From: the human T2T-CHM13v2.0 reference genome, Homo sapiens
Assembly (NCBI RefSeq): GCF_009914755.1
Contig: NC_060948.1
Strand: one strand, 5' to 3'
DNA: 64,000 nt
Shown here: positions 39,725-53,980 of the stretch, in pieces
Position numbering within the stretch: the first letter of the stretch is position 1
Layout: the number at the start of each line of letters is the position of its first letter
Notes under the pieces: generated by a model
What the model saw: the letters and a program-made list of their open reading frames with translations, nothing else
What the model was told of the DNA's origin: nothing
The model's database searches: none
Position numbers and translations under genes: made by a program

Positions 39725-42700
39725 GGCCTGGAATAAAGTGGAATGCTACGGTCTCGAATGGAATAAAAATGTATGGAATGGAATGCAATGAAACGGAATC
39801 GAATGTCATAGAATGTAATGGAATGCAAAAAAATGGAATCCAAAATCATTGACTGGAAAGGCTGGGTGTCGAAAGGAATTGACTCCAATGGAATGGAATC
39901 GAATGGAATGGAAGTGAATAGAATCGAACTAAATCGAATGGAATGGAATTGATAGGAACGGAATGGAAAGGAATGCAATGATTTGGCATGGAATGGAATC
40001 GAATGGCATCGAATGGAATGGAATGGAATGCAATGGAATGGAATGTATTAGAATGTAATGAACTTTAATGGAATGTACTCGAATGGATTCGACTGGAATG
40101 GAATGTTCTGGAAGTGAATGGACTCCAATGGAATGGATTCAAAAGGAATGGAATCGTACGGAATGGAATCTAATGGAATGGAATTAAATGGAAATGAATC
40201 AAATTGAATAGCACGGAATTGAATTGAATGGAATGGAATGCAATGGAATCTAATGAAACGGAAAGGAAAGGAATGGAATGGAATGGAATGGGCTGGAATG
40301 GAAAGGAATCGAAACGAATGGAATGGAATCGAAGTGAAGAGACTGGAATGGAATGCACTGGAATGGAAGGGAGTGTAATGCAAGGTTCTCGAAAAAAATG
40401 GAATCGAATGGAATGGAATTGAATGGAACGTAATAGAGTCGAATGGAATTGAATGGAATGGAATGGACTAGAGTGAAATGGAATCGAACCACAAGGAATG
40501 GACAGGAATAGAATGGTCTCGAATTGAATGGAATCGTATGGAATGGCATCAAACGGAATGGAATGGACAGCCACGGAATGGAATGCACTCGAATGCAATG
40601 GAGTCGAAACTAATGGACTGGAATAGAATGGACTCGACTGGTACGGACTCCAATGGAATGGAATCGAATGGAAGGGAATCGAACGGAAGGGAATCGAACG
40701 GAATGGACTCGAAGGGAAAAGACTGCAATGGAAAGGTCTCGAATGGAATGGAAATTAATGGAATGGAATGGAATCGAATGAAATGGAGTCAAAAGGAATG
40801 GAATCGAATGGCAAGAAATCGAATGTAATGGAATCGCAAGGAATTGATGTGAACGGAACGGAATGGAATGGGATCCAAAGGAATGGAATAGAATGGAATG
40901 GAATCGAATGGAAAGGACTCGAATGGAAATCACTCGAATAGAATGCAATTTGATAAAATAGGATCAAATGTAATGGAATGGAATGGAAAGGAATCGAAAC
41001 GAAAGGAATGGAGACAGATGGAATGGAATGGAACAGAGAGCAATGGTATAGAATGGAATGGAATCATCTGGAATGGAATTGAATGGAATGGAATAATATG
41101 AAATGGAATGGAATGGAATGGAATGGAATGCCCTTGAATTAAATGGACTGGAATGGAATGGACTCAAACAGAGTGGAATGGAAAGTGTGGAGATAGAATG
41201 GAATGAACTCCTTTGGAATGGTGTAGTATGCAATGCAATCGACTGGCAGGGAATCAAAAGGAATGTAATCGAATGGATTGGACTGGAATGCAATGGACTC
41301 GAAGAGATTGGAAACGGAATGCAAAGGAATGGAATGGAATAGTATGGAATGCAATGGAAGGGAATGGAGTGGAATAGACTAGAGTGGAATGGAATGGACT
41401 GGAATGCAATGGACTGGAATGGAACTTTCTTGGATGGATTGGAATCAAACGGAATGGAATGCAATGCAATCAAATGGCATGGAATAAAATAGAATGAAAG
41501 AGAATCAAATGGAATTGAATCGAATGGAATCGAATGGATTGGAAAGGAATAGAATGGAATGGAATGGAATTGACTCAAATGGAATGGACTAGAATGGAAT
41601 GGATTCGAATGGAAGGCAAAGGAATGGAATCTATTGGAATGGACTGTAATGGAATGGAATGGAAGGGATTGGAATGGACTCGAATGGAATGGACTGCAAT
41701 AGAAAGGATTCGAATGGAATGAAAAAGAATTGAATGGAATAGAACAGAATGGAATCAAATCGAATGAAATGGAATGGAATAGAAAGGAATGGAATGAAAT
41801 GGAATGGAAAGGATTCGAATGGAATGCAATCGAATGGAATGGAATCGAACGGAATGGAATAAAATGGAAGAAAACTGGCAAGAAATGGAATCGAAATGAA
41901 TGGAGTGTTATGGAACGGACTCAAAAGGAATTGAATGTAATAGAATTGAGTGGAGTGGACTCGAATATAATGGACTGGAATGGAATGAAATCACATGGAA
42001 TGGGAACGAATGGAATGGAATGGAAAGGAATGGAATCCAATGGAAAGGAATCGAATGGAAGGGAATGAAATTGAATCAACAGGAATGGAAGGGAATAGAA
42101 TAGACGGTAATGGAATGGACTCGGATAGAATGGACACGAATGCTCAAATTAAATGGACTCGAATTGAATGGAAACGAAAGGAATGTCATCGAATGGAATT
42201 GAATCGATTGGAATGAAATCGCATAGAATGGAGTGGAATCAAATGGAATTGAATCGAAAGGAAAGGAAGCGAATGGACTGAAATGAAATGGAATGGAATT
42301 GAATGGAAAGTAATGCAATGGAATAGAATGGAACGAAATTTCACGGAATGGAATCAAACTGAATGGAATCAAATCAATGGAATCAAATCAAATGGAATGG
42401 AAAGGAATTGAATGGAGTAGATGGGATTGGATGGGATTGGAATGAAATGTACTGGAAAGGACTCGAATTTCATGAAACGGAATGGAATGAATTGGAACGG
42501 AATGGACTCGAATGGAATGGAATGTCATGGGATGGCATCAAATGGAATGACATCAAATGGAATGGAATCGAATGCAATGGAATGCTATGGAATGGAATGG
42601 AATGCATTGGAATGGAATGTCCGCTAATGGAATGGATTCGAGTGGAATGGAATTGAATATAATGGAGTCGAATGAAATGGAATTGAAAGGAATGGGATCG

Positions 42701-43313
42701 AATACAATGGAATATACTGGAATGTAACGTAATGAACTCGAATGTAATTGACTGGAATGGAATGTACATGAATGGAATGTAATCGAATGGAAAGTAATCC
42801 AATGGAATAGAATCTAATGCAATAAAATCGACTCAGATAGAGTAGAATGTAATGGAATGGAGTGCAGTGCAATGGAATGGAATGGAATGGAATGCAATGG
42901 AATGGAATGGAATGGAATGGAATGGAATGGAATGGAATGGAATGGAATGGGATGGAATGGTATGGAATGGATAGTAATGGACTGGAGTGAAATGGACTGG
43001 AAAGGAATGGACTCAAATTGAAAGGGCTCGAAAGGAATGGAGTCAAATGGAATGGTCTGGAATGGAATGAACACGAATGTAATGCAACCCAATAGAATGG
43101 AATCGAATGGCATGGAATATAAAGAAATGGAATCGAAGAGAATGGAAACAAATGGAATGGAATTGAATGGAATGGAATTGAATGGAATGGGAACGAATGG
43201 AGTGAAATTGTATGCAGTAGAAGAGAATAGAATGGAATGCAAGCGAAAGGAAAGGAATGGATTGGAATGGAATGGAATTCATTGGAATGGAAGGGAATGT
43301 AGTGTAATGGACA
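39725..43313 (+). repeat. DYZ1 unit H12 (3,589 bp)
   Basis: GGCC 39725 to 43314; carries the longest pure GGAAT tract and many private substitutions. Confidence 0.93.
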
Positions 43314-46300
43314 GGCCTGGAATAAAGTGGAATGCTACGGTCTCGAATGGAATAAAAATGTATGGAATGGAATGCAATGAAACGGAATCGAATGTCATAG
43401 AATGTAATGGAATGCAAAAAAATGGAATCCAAAATCATTGACTGGAAAGGCTGGGTGTCGAAAGGAATTGACTCCAATGGAATGGAATCGAATGGAATGG
43501 AAGTGAATAGAATCGAACTAAATCGAATGGAATGGAATTGATAGGAACGGAATGGAAAGGAATGCAATGATTTGGCATGGAATGGAATCGAATGGCATCG
43601 AATGGAATGGAATGGAATGCAATGGAATGGAATGTATTAGAATGTAATGAACTTTAATGGAATGTACTCGAATGGATTCGACTGGAATGGAATGTTCTGG
43701 AAGTGAATGGACTCCAATGGAATGGATTCAAAAGGAATGGAATCGTACGGAATGGAATCTAATGGAATGGAATTAAATGGAAATGAATCAAATTGAATAG
43801 CACGGAATTGAATTGAATGGAATGGAATGCAATGGAATCTAATGAAACGGAAAGGAAAGGAATGGAATGGAATGGAATGGGCTGGAATGGAAAGGAATCG
43901 AAACGAATGGAATGGAATCGAACTGAAGAGACTGGAATGGAATGCACTGGAATGGAAGGGAGTGTAATGGAAGGTTGTCGAAAAAAATGGAATCGAATGG
44001 AATGGAATTGAATGGAACGGAATAGAGTCGAATGGAATTGAATGGAATGGAATGGACTAGAGTGAAATGGAATCGAACCACAAGGAATGGACAGGAATAG
44101 AATGGTCTCGAATTGAATGGAATCGTATGGAATGGCATCAAACGGAATGGAATGGACAGCCACGGAATGGAATGCACTCGAATGCAATGGAGTCGAAACT
44201 AATGGACTGGAATAGAATGGACTCGACTGGTACGGACTCCAATGGAATGGAATCGAATGGAAGGGAATCGAACGGAAGGGAATCGAACGGAATGGACTCG
44301 AAGGGAAAAGACTGCAATGGAAAGGTCTCGAATGGAATGGAAATTAATGGAATGGAATGGAATCGAATGAAATGGAGTCAAAAGGAATGGAATCGAATGG
44401 CAAGAAATCGAATGTAATGGAATCGCCAGGAATTGATGTGTACGGAACGGAATGGAATGGAATCCAAAGGAATGGAATAGAATGGAATGGAATCGAATGG
44501 AAAGGACTCGAATGGAAATCACTCGAATAGAATGCAATTTAATAAAATAGGATCAAATGTAATGGAATGGAATGGAAAGGAATCGAAACGAAAGGAATGG
44601 AGACAGATGGAATGGAATGGAACAGAGAGCAATGGTATAGAATGGAATGGAATCATCTGGAATGGAATTGAATGGAATGGAATAATATGAAATGGAATGG
44701 AATGGAATGGAGTGGAATGCCCTTGAATTAAATGGACTGGAATGGAATGGACTCAAACAGAGTGGAATGGAAAGTGTGGAGATAGAATGGAATGAACTCC
44801 TTTGGAATGGTGTAGTATGCAATGCAATCGACTGGCAGGGAATCAAAAGGAATGTAATCGAATGGATTGGACTGGAATGCAATGGACTCGAATAGATTGG
44901 AAACGGAATGCAAAGGAATGGAATGGAATAGTATGGAATGCAATGGAAGGGAATGGAGTGGAATAGACTAGAGTGGAAAGGAATGGACTGGAAAGCAATG
45001 GACTGAAATGGAACTTTCTTGGATGGACTGGAATCAAACGGAATGGAATGCAATGCAATCAAATGGCATGGAATAAAATAGAATGAAAGAGAATCAAATG
45101 GAATTGAATCGAATGGAATCGAATGGATTGGAAATGAATAGAATGGAATGGAATGGAATTGACTCAAATGGAATGGACTAGAATGGAATGGATTCGAATG
45201 GAAGGCAAAGGAATGGAATCTATTGGAATGGACTGTAATGGAATGGAATGGAAGGGATTGGAATGGACTCGAATGGAATGGACTGCAATAGAAAGGATTC
45301 GAATGGAATGAAAAAGAATTGAATGGAATAGAACAGAATGGAATCAAATCGAATGAAATGGAATGGAATAGAAAGGAATGGAATGAAATGGAATGGAAAG
45401 GATTCGAATGGAATGCAATCGAATGGAATGGAATCGAACGGAATGGAATAAAATGGAAGAAAACTGGCAAGAAATGGAATCGAAATGAATGGAGTGTTAT
45501 GGAACGGACTCAAAAGGAATTGAATGTAATAGAATGGAGTGGAGTGGACTCGAATATAATGGACTGGAATGGAATGAAATCACATGGAATGGGAACGAAT
45601 GGAATGGAATGGAAAGGAATGGAATCGAATGGAAAGGAATCGAATGGAAGGGAATGAAATTGAATCAACACGAATGGAAGGGAATAGAATAGACTGTAAT
45701 GGAATGGACTCGAATAGAATGGACACGAATGCTCAAATTAAATGGACTCGAATGGAATGGAAACGAAAGGAATGTCATCGAATGGAATTGAATCGATTGG
45801 AATGACATCGCATAGAATGGAGTGGAATCAAATGGAATTGAATCGAAAGGAAAGGAAGCGAATGGACTGAAATGAAATGGAATGGAATTGAATGGAAAGT
45901 AATGCAATGGAATAGAATGGAACGAAATTTCACGGAATGGAATCAAACTGAATGGAATCAAATCAATGGAATCAAATCAAATGGAATGGAAAGGAATTGA
46001 ATGGAGTAGATGGGATTGGATGGGATTGGAATGAAATGTACTGGAAAGGACTCGAATTTCATGAAACGGAATGGAATGAATTGGAACGGAATGGACTCGA
46101 ATGGAATGGAATGTCATGGGATGGCATCAAATGTAATGGCATCAAATGGAATGGAATCGAATGCAGTGGAATGCTATGGAATGGAATGGAATGCATTGGA
46201 ATGGAATGTCCTCTAATGGAATGGATTCGAGTGGAATGGAATTGAATATAATGGAGTCGAATGAAATGGAATTGAAAGGAATGGGATCGAATACAATGGA

Positions 46301-46892
46301 ATATACTGGAATGTAACGTAATGAACTCGAATGTAATTGACTGGAATGGAATGTACATGAATGGAATGTAATCGAATGGAAAGTAATCCAATGGAATAGA
46401 ATCTAATGCAATAAAATCGACTCAGATAGAGTAGAATGTAATGGAATGGAGTGCAGTGCAATGGAATGGAATGGAATGGAATGCAATGGAATGGAATGGA
46501 ATGGAATGGAATGGAATGGAATGGAATGGGATGGAATGGTATGGAATGGATAGTAATAGACTGGAGTGAAATGGACTGGAAAGGAATGGACTCAAATTGA
46601 AAGGGCTCGAAAGGAATGGAGTCAAATGGAATGGTCTGGAATGGAATGAACACGAATGTAATGCAACCCAATAGAATGGAATCGAATGGCATGGAATATA
46701 AAGAAATGGAATCGAAGAGAATGGAAACAAATGGAATGGAATTGAATGGAATGGAATTGAATGGAATGGGAACGAATGGAGTGAAATTGTATGCAGTAGA
46801 AGAGAATAGAATGGAATGCAAGCGAAAGGAAAGGAATGGATTGGAATGGAATGGAATTCATTGGAATGGAAGGGAATGTAGTGTAATGGACA
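43314..46892 (+). repeat. DYZ1 unit H13 (3,579 bp)
   Basis: GGCC 43314 to 46893. Confidence 0.93.
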
Positions 46893-49800
46893 GGCCTGGA
46901 ATAAAGTGGAATGCTACGGTCTCGAATGGAATAAAAATGTATGGAATGGAATGCAATGAAACGGAATCGAATGTCATAGAATGTAATGGAATGCAACAAA
47001 ATGGAATCCAAAATCATTGACTGGAAAGGCTGGGTGTCGAAAGGAATTGACTCCAATGGAATGGAATCGAATGGAATGGAAGTGAATAGAATCGAACTAA
47101 ATCGAATGGAATGGAATTGATAGGAACGGAATGGAAAGGAATGCAATGATTTGGCATGGAATGGAATCGAATGGCATCGAATGGAATGGAATGGAATGCA
47201 ATGGAATGGAATGTATTAGAATGTAATGAACTTTAATGGAATGTACTCGAATGGATTCGACTGGAATGGAATGTTCTGGAAGTGAATGGACTCCAATGGA
47301 ATGGATTCAAAAGGAATGGAATCGTACGGAATGGAATCTAATGGAATGGAATTAAATGGAAATGAATCAAATTGAATAGCACGGAATTGAATTGAATGGA
47401 ATGGAATGCAATGGAATCTAATGAAACGGAAAGGAAAGGAATGGAATGGAATGGAATGGGCTGGAATGGAAAGGAATCGAAACGAATGGAATGGAATCGA
47501 ACTGAAGAGACTGGAATGGAATGCACTGGAATGGAAGGGAGTGTAATGGAAGGTTCTCGAAAAAAATGGAATCGAATGGAATGGAATTGAATGGAACGGA
47601 ATAGAGTCGAATGGAATTGAATGGAATGGAATGGACTAGAGTGAAATGGAATCGAACCACAAGGAATGGACAGGAATAGAATGGTCTCGAATTGAATGGA
47701 ATCGTATGGAATGGCATCAAACGGAATGGAATGGACAGCCACGGAATGGAATGCACTCGAATGCAATGGAGTCGAAACAAATGGACTGGAATAGAATGGA
47801 CTCGACTGGTACGGACTCCAATGGAATGGAATCGAATGGAAGGGAATCGAACGGAAGGGAATCGAACGGAATGGACTCGAAGGGAAAAGACTGCAATGGA
47901 AAGGTCTCGAATGGAATGGAAATTAATGGAATGGAATGGAATCGAATGAAATGGAGTCAAAAGGAATGGAATCGAATGGCAAGAAATCGAATGTAATGGA
48001 ATCGCCAGGAATTGATGTGAACGGAACGGAATGGAATGGAATCCAAAGGAATGGAATAGAATGGAATGGAATCGAATGGAAAGGACTCGAATGGAAATCA
48101 CTCGAATAGAATGCAATTTAATAAAATAGGATCAAATGTAATGGAATGGAATGGAAAGGAATCGAAACGAAAGGAATGGAGACAGATGGAATGGAATGGA
48201 ACAGAGAGCAATGGTATAGAATGGAATGGAATCATCTGGAATGGAATTGAATGGAATGGAATAATATGAAATGGAATGGAATGGAATGGAATGGAATGCC
48301 CTTGAATTAAATGGACTGGAATGGAATGGACTCAAACAGAGTGGAATGGAAAGTGTGGAGATAGAATGGAATGAACTCCTTTGGAATGGTGTAGTATGCA
48401 ATGCAATCGACTGGCAGGGAATCAAAAGGAATGTAATCGAATGGATTGGACTGGAATGCAATGGACTCGAATAGATTGGAAACGGAATGCAAAGGAATGG
48501 AATGGAATAGTATGGAATGCAATGGAAGGGAATGGAGTGGAATAGACTAGAGTGGAATGGAATGGACTGGAAAGCAATGGACTGGAATGGAACTTTCTTG
48601 GATGGACTGGAACCAAACGGAATGGAATGCAATGCAATCAAATGGCATGGAATAAAATAGAATGAAAGAGAATCAAATGGAATTGAATCGAATGGAATCG
48701 AATGGATTGGAAAGGAATAGAATGGAATGGAATGGAATTGACTCAAATGGAATGGACTAGAATGGAATGGATTCGAATGGAAGGCAAAGGAATGGAATCT
48801 ATTGGAATGGACTGTAATGGAATGGAATGGAAGGGATTGGAATGGACTCGAATGGAATGGACTGCAATAGAAAGGATTCGAATGGAATGAAAAAGAATTG
48901 AATGGAATAGAACAGAATGGAATCAAATCGAATGAAATGGAATGGAATAGAAAGGAATGGAATGAAATGGAATGGAAAGGATTCGAATGTAATGCAATCG
49001 AATGGAATGGAATCGAACGGAATGGAATAAAATGGAAGAAAACTGGCAAGAAATGGAATCGAAATGAATGGAGTGTTATGGAACGGACTCAAAAGGAATT
49101 GAATGTAATAGAATGGAGTGGAGTGGACTCGAATATAATGGACTGGAATGGAATGAAATCACATGGAATGGGAACGAATGGAATGGAATGGAAAGGAATG
49201 GAATCGAATGGAAAGGAATCGAATGGAAGGGAATGAAATTGAATCAACAGGAATGGAAGGGAATAGAATAGACTGTAATGGAATGGACTCGAATAGAATG
49301 GACACGAATGCTCAAATTAAATGGACTCGAATGGAATGGAAACGAAAGGAATGTCATCGAATGGAATTGAATCGATTGGAATGAAATCGCATAGAATGGA
49401 GTGGAATCAAATGGAATTGAATCGAAAGGAAAGGAAGCGAATGGACTGAAATGAAATGGAATGGAATTGAATGGAAAGTAATGCAATGGAATAGAATGGA
49501 ACGAAATTTCACGGAATGGAATCAAACTGAATGGAATCAAATCAATGGAATCAAATCAAATGGAATGGAAAGGAATTGAATGGAGTAGATGGGATTGGAT
49601 GGGATTGGAATGAAATGTACTGGAAAGGACTCGAATTTCATGAAACGGAATGGAATGAATTGGAACGGAATGGACTCGAATGGAATGGAATGTCATGGGA
49701 TGGCATCAAATGGAATGGCATCAAATGGAATGGAATCGAATGCAATGGAATGCTATGGAATGGAATGGAATGCATTGGAATGGAATGTCCTCTAATGGAA

Positions 49801-50436
49801 TGGATTCGAGTGGAATGGAATTGAATATAATGGAGTCGAATGAAATGGAATTGAAAGGAATGGGATCGAATACAATGGAATATACTGGAATGTAACGTAA
49901 TGAACTCGAATGTAATTGACTGGAATGGAATGTACATGAATGGAATGTAATCGAATGGAAAGTAATCCAATGGAATAGAATCTAATGCAATAAAATCGAC
50001 TCAGATAGAGTAGAATGTAATGGAATGGAGTGCAGTGCAATGGAATGGAATGGAATGGAATGCAATGGAATGGAATGGAATGGAATGGGATGGAATGGTA
50101 TGGAATGGATAGTAATGGACTGGAGTGAAATGGACTGGAAAGGAATGGACTCAAATTGAAAGGGCACGAAAGGAATGGAGTCAAATGGAATGGTCTGGAA
50201 TGGAATGAACACGAATGTAATGCAACCCAATAGAATGGAATCGAATGGCATGGAATATAAAGAAATGGAATCGAAGAGAATGGAAACAAATGGAATGGAA
50301 TTGAATGGAATGGGAACGAATGGAGTGAAATTGTATGCAGTAGAAGTGAATAGAATGGAATGCAAGCGAAAGGAAAGGAATGGATTGGAATGGAATGGAA
50401 TTCATTGGAATGGAAGGGAATGTAGTGTAATGGACA
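46893..50436 (+). repeat. DYZ1 unit H14 (3,544 bp)
   Basis: GGCC 46893 to 50437; short GGAAT tract and 15-bp deletion at ~50300. Confidence 0.93.
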
Positions 50437-53400
50437 GGCCTGGAATAAAGTGGAATGCTACGGTCTCGAATGGAATAAAAATGTATGGAATGGAATGCAA
50501 TGAAACGGAATCGAATGTCATAGAATGTAATGGAATGCAAAAAAATGGAATCCAAAATCATTGACTGGAAGGGCTGGGTGTCGAAAGGAATTGACTCCAA
50601 TGGAATGGAATCGAATGGAATGGAAGTGAATAGAATCGAACTAAATCGAATGGAATGGAATTGATAGGAACGGAATGGAAAGGAATGCAATGATTTGGCA
50701 TGGAATGGAATCGAATGGCATCGAATGGAATGGAATGGAATGCAATGGAATGGAATGTATTAGAATGTAATGAACTTTAATGGAATGTACTCGAATGGAT
50801 TCGACTGGAATGGAATGTTCTGGAAGTGAATGGACTCCAATGGAATGGATTCAAAAGGAATGGAATCGTACGGAATGGAATCTAATGGAATGGAATTAAA
50901 TGGAAATGAATCAAATTGAATAGCACGGAATTGAATTGAATGGAATGGAATGCAATGGAATCTAATGAAACGGAAAGGAAAGGAATGGAATGGAATGGAA
51001 TGGGCTGGAATGGAAAGGAATCGAAACGAATGGAATGGAATCGAACTGAAGAGACTGGAATGGAATGCACTGGAATGGAAGGGAGTGTAATGGAAGGTTC
51101 TCGAAAAAAATGGAATCGAATGGAATGGAATTGAATGGAACGGAATAGAGTCGAATGGAATTGAATGGAATGGAATGGACTAGAGTGAAATGGAATCGAA
51201 CCACAAGGAATGGACAGGAATAGAATGGTCTCGAATTGAATGGAATCGTATGGAATGGCATCAAACGGAATGGAATGGACAGCCACGGAATGGAATGCAC
51301 TCGAATGCAATGAAGTCGAAACTAACGGACTGGAATAGAATGGACTCGACTGGTACGGACTCCAATGGAATGGAATCGAATGGAAGGGAATCGAACGGAA
51401 GGGAATCGAACGGAATGGACTCGAAGGGAAAAGACTGCAATGGAAAGGTCTCGAATGGAATGGAAATTAATGGAATGGAATGGAATCGAATGAAATGGAG
51501 TCAAAAGGAATGGAATCGAATGGCAAGAAATCGAATGTAATGGAATCGCAAGGAATTGATGTGAACGGAACGGAATGGAATGGAATCCAAAGGAATGGAA
51601 TAGAATGGAATGGAATCGAATGGAAAGGACTCGAATGGAAATCACTCGAATAGAATGCAATTTAATAAAATAGGATCAAATGTAATGGAATGGAATGGAA
51701 AGGAATCGAAACGAAAGGAATGGAGACAGATGGAATGGAATGGAACAGAGAGCAATGGTATAGAATGGAATGGAATCATCTGGAATGGAATTGAATGGAA
51801 TGGAATAATATGAAATGGAATGGAATGGAATGGAATGGAATGCCCTTGAATTAAATGGACTGGAATGGAATGGACTCAAACAGAGTGGAATGGAAAGTGT
51901 GGAGGTAGAATGGAATGAACTCCTTTGGAATGGTGTAGTATGCAATGCAATCGACTGGCAGGGAATCAAAAGGAATGTAATCGAATGGATTGGACTGGAA
52001 TGCAATGGACTCGAATAGATTGGAAACGGAATGCAAAGGAATGGAATGGAATAGTATGGAATGCAATGGAAGGGAATGGAGTGGAATAGACTAGAGTGGA
52101 ATGGAATGGACTGGAAAGCAATGGACTGGAATGGAACTTTCTTGGATGGACTGGAACCAAACGGAATGGAATGCAATGCAATCAAATGGCATGGAATAAA
52201 ATAGAATGAAAGAGAATCAAATGGAATTGAATCGAATGGAATCGAATGGATTGGAAAGGAATAGAATGGAATGGAATGGAATTGACTCAAATGGAATGGA
52301 CTAGAATGGAATGGATTCGAATGGAAGGCAAAGGAATGGAATCTATTGGAATGGACTGTAATGGAATGGAATGGAAGGGATTGGAATGGACTCGAATGGA
52401 ATGGACTGCAATAGAAAGGATTCGAATGGAATGAAAAAGAATTGAATGGAATAGAACAGAATGGAATCAAATCGAATGAAATGGAATGGAATAGAAAGGA
52501 ATGGAATGAAATGGAATGGAAAGGATTCGAATGGAATGCAATCGAATGGAATGGAATCGAACGGAATGGAATAAAATGGAAGAAAACTGGCAAGAAATGG
52601 AATCGAAATGAATGGAGTGTTATGGAACGGACTCAAAAGGAATTGAATGTAATAGAATGGAGTGGAGTGGACTCGAATATAATGGACTGGAATGGAATGA
52701 AATCACATGGAATGGGAACGAATGGAATGGAATGGAAAGGAATGGAATCGAATGGAAAGGAATCGAATGGAAGGGAATGAAATTGAATCAACAGGAATGG
52801 AAGGGAATAGAATAGACGGTAATGGAATGGACTCGAATAGAATGGACACGAATGCTCAAATTAAATGGACATGAATGGAATGGAAACGAAAGGAATGTCA
52901 TCGAATGGAATTGAATCGATTGGAATGAAATCGCATAGAATGGAGTGGAATCAAATGGAATTGAATCGAAAGGAAAGGAAGCGAATGGACTGAAATGAAA
53001 TGGAATGGAATTGAATGGAAAGTAATGCAATGGAATAGAATGGAACGAAATTTCACGGAATGGAATCAAACTGAATGGAATCAAATCAATGGAATCAAAT
53101 CAAATGGAATGGAAAGGAATTGAATGGAGTAGATGGGATTGGATGGGATTGGAATGAAATGTACTGGAAAGGACTCGAATTTCATGAAACGGAATGGAAT
53201 GAATTGGAACGGAATGGACTCGAATGGAATGGAATGTCATGGGATGGCATCAAACGGAATGGCATCAAATGGAATGGAATCGAATGCAATGGAATGCTAT
53301 GGAATGGAATGGAATGCATTGGAATGGAATGTCCTCTAATGGAATGGATTCGAGTGGAATGGAATTGAATATAATGGAGTCGAATGAAATGGAATTGAAA

Positions 53401-53980
53401 GGAATGGGATCGAATACAATGGAATATACTGGAATGTAACGTAATGAACTCGAATGTAATTGACTGGAATGGAATGTACATGAATGGAATGTAATCGAAT
53501 GGAAAGTAATCCAATGGAATAGAATCTAATGCAATAAAATCGACTCAGATAGAGTAGAATGTAATGGAATGGAGTGCAGTGCAATGGAATGGAATGGAAT
53601 GGAATGCAATGGAATGGAATGGAATGGAATGGGATGGAATGGTATGGAATGGATAGTAATGGACTGGAGTGAAATGGACTGGAAAGGAATGGACTCAAAT
53701 TGAAAGGGCACGAAAGGAATGGAGTCAAATGGAATGGTCTGGAATGGAATGAACACGAATGTAATGCAACCCAATAGAATGGAATCGAATGGCATGGAAT
53801 ATAAAGAAATGGAATCGAAGAGAATGGAAACAAATGGAATGGAATTGAATGGAATGGGAACGAATGGAGTGAAATTGTATGCAGTAGAAGAGAATAGAAT
53901 GGAATGCAAGCGAAAGGAAAGGAATGGATTGGAATGGAATGGAATTCATTGGAATGGAAGGGAATGTAGTGTAATGGACA
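50437..53980 (+). repeat. DYZ1 unit H15 (3,544 bp)
   Basis: GGCC 50437 to 53981; same short tract and 15-bp deletion at ~53845. Confidence 0.93.
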
